A DNA stretch of 64,000 nucleotides. Source: Macrostomum lignano (Eukaryota). The stretch spans positions 372,001 to 436,000 of the forward strand of contig NIVC01000016.1 of assembly GCA_002269645.1 (NCBI GenBank), in the 5' to 3' direction. Each line of letters starts with the position of its first letter. Position 1 is the first letter of the stretch. The notes beneath the pieces were generated by a model. The model worked only from the letters and a program-made list of their open reading frames with translations. It made no database searches and was not told the origin of the DNA. A program made the translations under genes and the position numbers. This document shows, piece after piece, positions 59,475-64,000 of the stretch.

Positions 59475-60520
59475 ATGACCGAAGAAAGCGTTCCGCAGCT
59501 ACAGCAGCATTCCGCAGCAGTAGCCCAAAACAACCAGGCTCCGGTACCCAACCCCGCTGGGCAGCAAAGTCCCGCCGACGTGTCAGTCAAAGTCCCGCCG
59601 CTGTACCTGAGCAATTCGGAAGCTTGGTTCCCGACCCTCGAGTCGCAATTTCACCTAGCGCGTATAACATCGGATGAGACCAGGTACCACTACTTGGTTG
59701 CCCACCTGCCGGAGGACATCTCGTCGATGCAGATCACGAAATCAACGCATCGACAGTACGAACCGCTGAAAGCAGCCATCACCAACCTGCTGCAAGAGTC
59801 AACAGGAGAAGATCAACGAGATCCTGGACACATCCGATCTGAGTGGCGACAAGCCCTCGATCTTCGTCAAGAAGCTAAGCGCAAAGATGGCTCAGTGCGG
59901 CATGGGCTCCTGCTCCGACATGCTGAAAGCGACTCTTATCCGCTGCCTGCCGAGCGAGCTACTTGTTGTACTATTAGGTTTCCAGACTGAATCGCTAGAG
60001 AAACTCGCTGAAATCGCTGACTTCATGGTCAGCTACCAGAGCTAGGCGAGCACAGTCAGCGCTGTTCAGCCGACGTGTCGCAACGACGACAGCTTTAACC
60101 ACAGACCAGCATCACCCCGTTCAAGCCGGGGCAACGTCGAGTTGTCTGTCGTGAGCACATCTACTACGGCGAACGAACCTGCCGACCGTGTTGTCGTTTC
60201 CCGTCCACCTTGGGTGGTAGGCGGCCGCGACTCCTGGGTAATCATGAAAAGACACCCGTGCAGACCAGGTCAGCCTCTCCGACACGTCATTCGTCAAACT
60301 AGAGGGCACTGCCCAACCCGCCGCAGTGAGCAGTGCAACATCTCCGGCGGCGAGCAAGAAATTCCTGGTGGTCGATATTAAGATCGATAGCAAGTGATAA
60401 CCTTTCCTGGTCGATACCGGCGCAGCAGTGTCGATAATTCCGCAGAAGTAACTCCACAGGGACCTCCAGGAGACCGGGTTTTGTCTGACCACCGCCACCG
60501 GTGCATCGATCCGGTGGCGA
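59475..60520 (+). pseudogene. Gypsy LTR-retrotransposon gag-protease remnant
   Basis: VKVPPLYLSNSEAWFPTLESQFHLARITSDETRYHYLVAHLP gag motif and aspartic protease FLVDTGAAVSIIP at ~60405. Frameshifted. Confidence 0.8.
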
Positions 60521-62627
60521 TGGTCGGCGGCACGAGCATTATAAGAAACTAATCGGGCAGCTTAAGGGCTACCTATTACGGTTAGCCAGGCTCCAGCTGG
60601 ACGGCAGAGGATTCATTCCCCAGGCCTGCGAGCCCAAAAAAGCAATCCGGACATTGAAACGAGAATTCAAATTTGAACAAAGCATCGCTACCTGGCGTCG
60701 AGTGGTGTAGTACGCCCTTCAGAACATCCACCAATCCGGCGGGGCGTATCAGCAAATGCCCGCTTGGCAAGTTCACGTAAGGCGAACGTAACATTTTGGT
60801 AAATATTTTTACGAACATTTTACGAAGCAAATTGGGGGGTTTACTTACCTAAAATGAAAAATCATGGGAAGGGATAAACCAGAAAGTATACATTGTTTTT
60901 GACATGTATGTGGTTGATGCTCTAACCATTAATTAAATTTTGGTAATTTTGTTACGTACCATTTACGGAACTGGTTTCCACAATTAAACGTAAACTTTCA
61001 AAAAAAATAACGAATTACTATTTATCACGGACTTTCATTTAAAAATGCTTTTAAAATACTTACATGTTGCCTAAAGGCACCGGAATTTATTTTATTAGTC
61101 ACAATATCAGTGTCATGGATGGTATTTTTTTGAGAAAAGCAAATCGTAAAAAATTCGTACTTTCTTTACTTAAAAAATCGTACTTTTTGTTCAGATATTT
61201 TACGTTATTAATTTTTAATATATACAGAATGTACTTAAATTGAATCATTTATATTTAAAGGGGTTGAATTGGTCTTTTGTAGAAACACCAGGACTTAATC
61301 GAGGAATGACACGTCTTTTTATATGCTATTAAATAAGTTAAGGCTGCCGAAAAATGTTAAACATGGTCGGATAAAAAGTAAAGCCTCGGTAGTTAAAAAA
61401 ATTAAGCATAATAAGCAACGTAATTTTGTATCAAATATTATATATTTTATGTCTTTTAAAAAAGAATTTAAATAATGACATTAATGCGCAATACTTAATC
61501 TTTTTATTTGAAGTTTTATCTAAGCCAAAAATTGGTCTAGAAACTTTTGTTATAGCATGTGTTCCGTGTTCCTCATGTTAATTTAAATTTTCAGCTGCGA
61601 CCACCTCCTTAACTGACTCAACTGTTTTGGGTGTTTTATTAGGTTTGACAGTGTTCTACCTAGCTAAGCTAGGTTTTATCTTTGCTTATCTTTTCATTCC
61701 CTAGCTAGGTAGATTCAGCTGGATTCAGCTAGCTATAAAAGTTGTGGCTATTGCCTATTCATTGTAGCCTTTTGATTTGTAAGCTTAAATTAAAAGTTGA
61801 TACTTAGGCCTAGCCTATTTAGGCCCTAGTAATTATTGTTATTTAGCCTCAAGATTAGGATTGTTAGATAGTAGGCCTAATTGCCTATGAATCATGGTAG
61901 CTAAAGGAAATGTGCCTAAAAAGTTGCTTATTAAAATTTGTAGGCCTATCATATTAGTTAGTCAGTTTGTATTGCAATTATTTTCTAAATAGTTTAGTAG
62001 TTAGCTTAGTCTAGACAATAGACATCTTGACATGATTTGACCATATTGACCTATTGAATCTATTGATTAGCTAGATTTAGTCTAATTAGATAAGCAAATA
62101 GTCACCTGACTAGGACTTAGTAGGTCCTAATCCATAAAATATATATTGAGCTGTTATCTAGAGTATTCCAAGTGTACTACATTGTACACTATTACTATTA
62201 TACTTTAACTTAACCTAATATTGTATTTAATGCCTAGGTGGAGGTATGTAGGGGCCTAATTGCTTTTAGTGTTACCTAAATCTTTTTGTGCTAGTTGCTA
62301 AGCAAGGCTCTTTTATCTAGAGGACTCTATTTTGTTGCTTTAATAAAACACAAAAAGAACCTATTTTTTCAAAGAATCAAAGGGGACCAAATGCTTGCTT
62401 TCTTATATAAATATAGCTAAAGAGTCAAATAAGTAAATGCAAATTATGTGGGGCTAGCCTAGTTAAGTGCAGTTTAGGCTTAATTTTACATTAATAGTGA
62501 AGCAACTTATTTATACTATAGAGTAGTTGAATACAAATTAAGTAGCCTTTGTATATTAAGACCTTGGTATATTATTTCATTCTTCAATAATTTATTAATT
62601 TCATTAATGGATTTCAATATATTGAGC

Positions 62628-62762
62628 TTGTCTTGCCTCTAGTTTTGGTATTATTATGGCCATGGAACTAGCTAAGGATATATATAGTTAAAAAAATCGG
62701 ATATACATATATCCTTAGCTAGTCCCATGGCCATAATAATACCAAAACTAGAGGCAAGACAA
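62628..62762. repeat. Near-perfect 56-bp inverted repeat with a 23-nt spacer
   Basis: 62628-62683 is the reverse complement of 62707-62762 with one mismatch. Confidence 0.92.
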
Positions 62763-63506
62763 ATATATATATTTCACTTTAAGGGACATCTAATAAATTT
62801 CCAACATTGATGGTCCCTTATCTAAACAAGGGGGGTTTGGGGATTAGGTCCCTTAGTGTAGTCCCTTAGGTTTTCTCTAGTCCCCTAAACCAAAAGAATG
62901 CCAATGCTAACTAATAAAAAACCCTTGGCTTCAATATTGCTTAGTTGTAATCAGTTGGCTAATAAACTAGCAAGAATAAAAGTATAACTTGCAATTACTA
63001 TCTATGCTATTAAGTATTATATTATCCCTATATATAAATGAGAATATAAAATTCATTGTAAATTTTTCTATAGGTCTATAGTATATAGTATAAAATTGTA
63101 GTAAAATGTTATATTTTTGATAAACTTCTTGCCAATTGTCATAGTCTTTAAGTTCTTAAGTTAAACTATATCAAGACTAAATATTTAGTTAAAATAATTT
63201 GATATATATCTTTTATTATATATTATATATATACAACATATTGTCATATATGTTTATAGTATTTTTTATATTTGTATAAATTAACTTTTTCATCCCAAAT
63301 TCATTTTCTAATTTTTAAGATCAAATAGTTTGCAATTTTTGGATATTTATGTGCTTCTAGGCTTGGTTACAATTTGAAAGTTAAAGTTTTATAAAGTTAT
63401 TTAAGACTTTTGTATTAATATCAAGCTAAGTAATACTTAATATACCTAAGTACCTAAGTAATACTAAATATATACATAATATATATTGCATTTTATCAAT
63501 TTGCAG

Positions 63507-64000
63507 CTACGCAGTCATGGAAATGGATGATGATCCTGAGGAATGGCATATATCAGACTCCTCAATATCGAATTGTCAATTTATGACACAAACAACAGAC
63601 AAAGCTGCAGGCAAGCCACCTTTTTTAGCAGTTCACCATCATCACCCAGTGGTTTTTTATCAGATACATCGAGCAGCAATTTAGATCATGAGCATGAAGC
63701 TAAAAACCATGAATCATCACTGGACTCAGATGCCAGTTCATGTCCAAGTTCCTTGCCACTACCAGTTCAGAACAACAATTACAACCAAAGTGCAGAGCAA
63801 GCTTTGGCAGATAGCTTGTCATCTACTTCTGGAGGCGACTTCATGGCCATGGGCCAACATTGGCAATACTCCTCATCAGAGAGCATTTATGGTTTCTCTT
63901 CAGATTCTGAAGCTGATGCTGTATTCCAAGCTGCCTCATTAGAGGCAGATCTGGTAGAGTACTGGAGAAATTCAAAAATCACAATGATGATTTTGCTGAA
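63507..64000 (+). other. Possible Ser/Asp-rich coding exon (one apparent frameshift) running off the window
   Basis: Acceptor-like tttgcag at 63506 after a long AT-rich tract. There is a long open Ser/Asp-rich frame from ~63630 to the end and no family motif. Confidence 0.3.

Overview
Eukaryotic (metazoan-like) transposon-dense window with no intact housekeeping gene. The first ~33 kb is dominated by Helitrons. It holds several copies of a non-autonomous Helitron family (5'-TCC(T/A)ATATACTAAAA ... hairpin-CTAG-3', A|T insertion sites). Each copy carries an expandable 23-bp satellite and (TTAGGG)n blocks, and the copies are arranged head-to-tail and nested in inverted orientation. There is also a spliced Helitron Rep/PIF1-helicase gene (at least 8 exons, ~8.0-15.5 kb), now inactivated. 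A 5'-truncated RT-RNase H LINE sits in its (GCT)n poly-Ala tract, and it has one nonsense codon and one frameshift. Next to it lie a spliced RPA70-like two-OB-fold gene and a divergently transcribed zinc-knuckle/poly-Q gene. The remaining ~31 kb is a graveyard of decayed elements: P-element, Crypton, Gypsy gag/protease/integrase, Polinton-type PolB, RTE-like LINE, a second Helitron Rep and tRNA-derived SINEs. It also contains a RING-Tudor pseudogene and a 56-bp near-perfect hairpin. All protein assignments come from manual translation and motif recognition; no searches were run.
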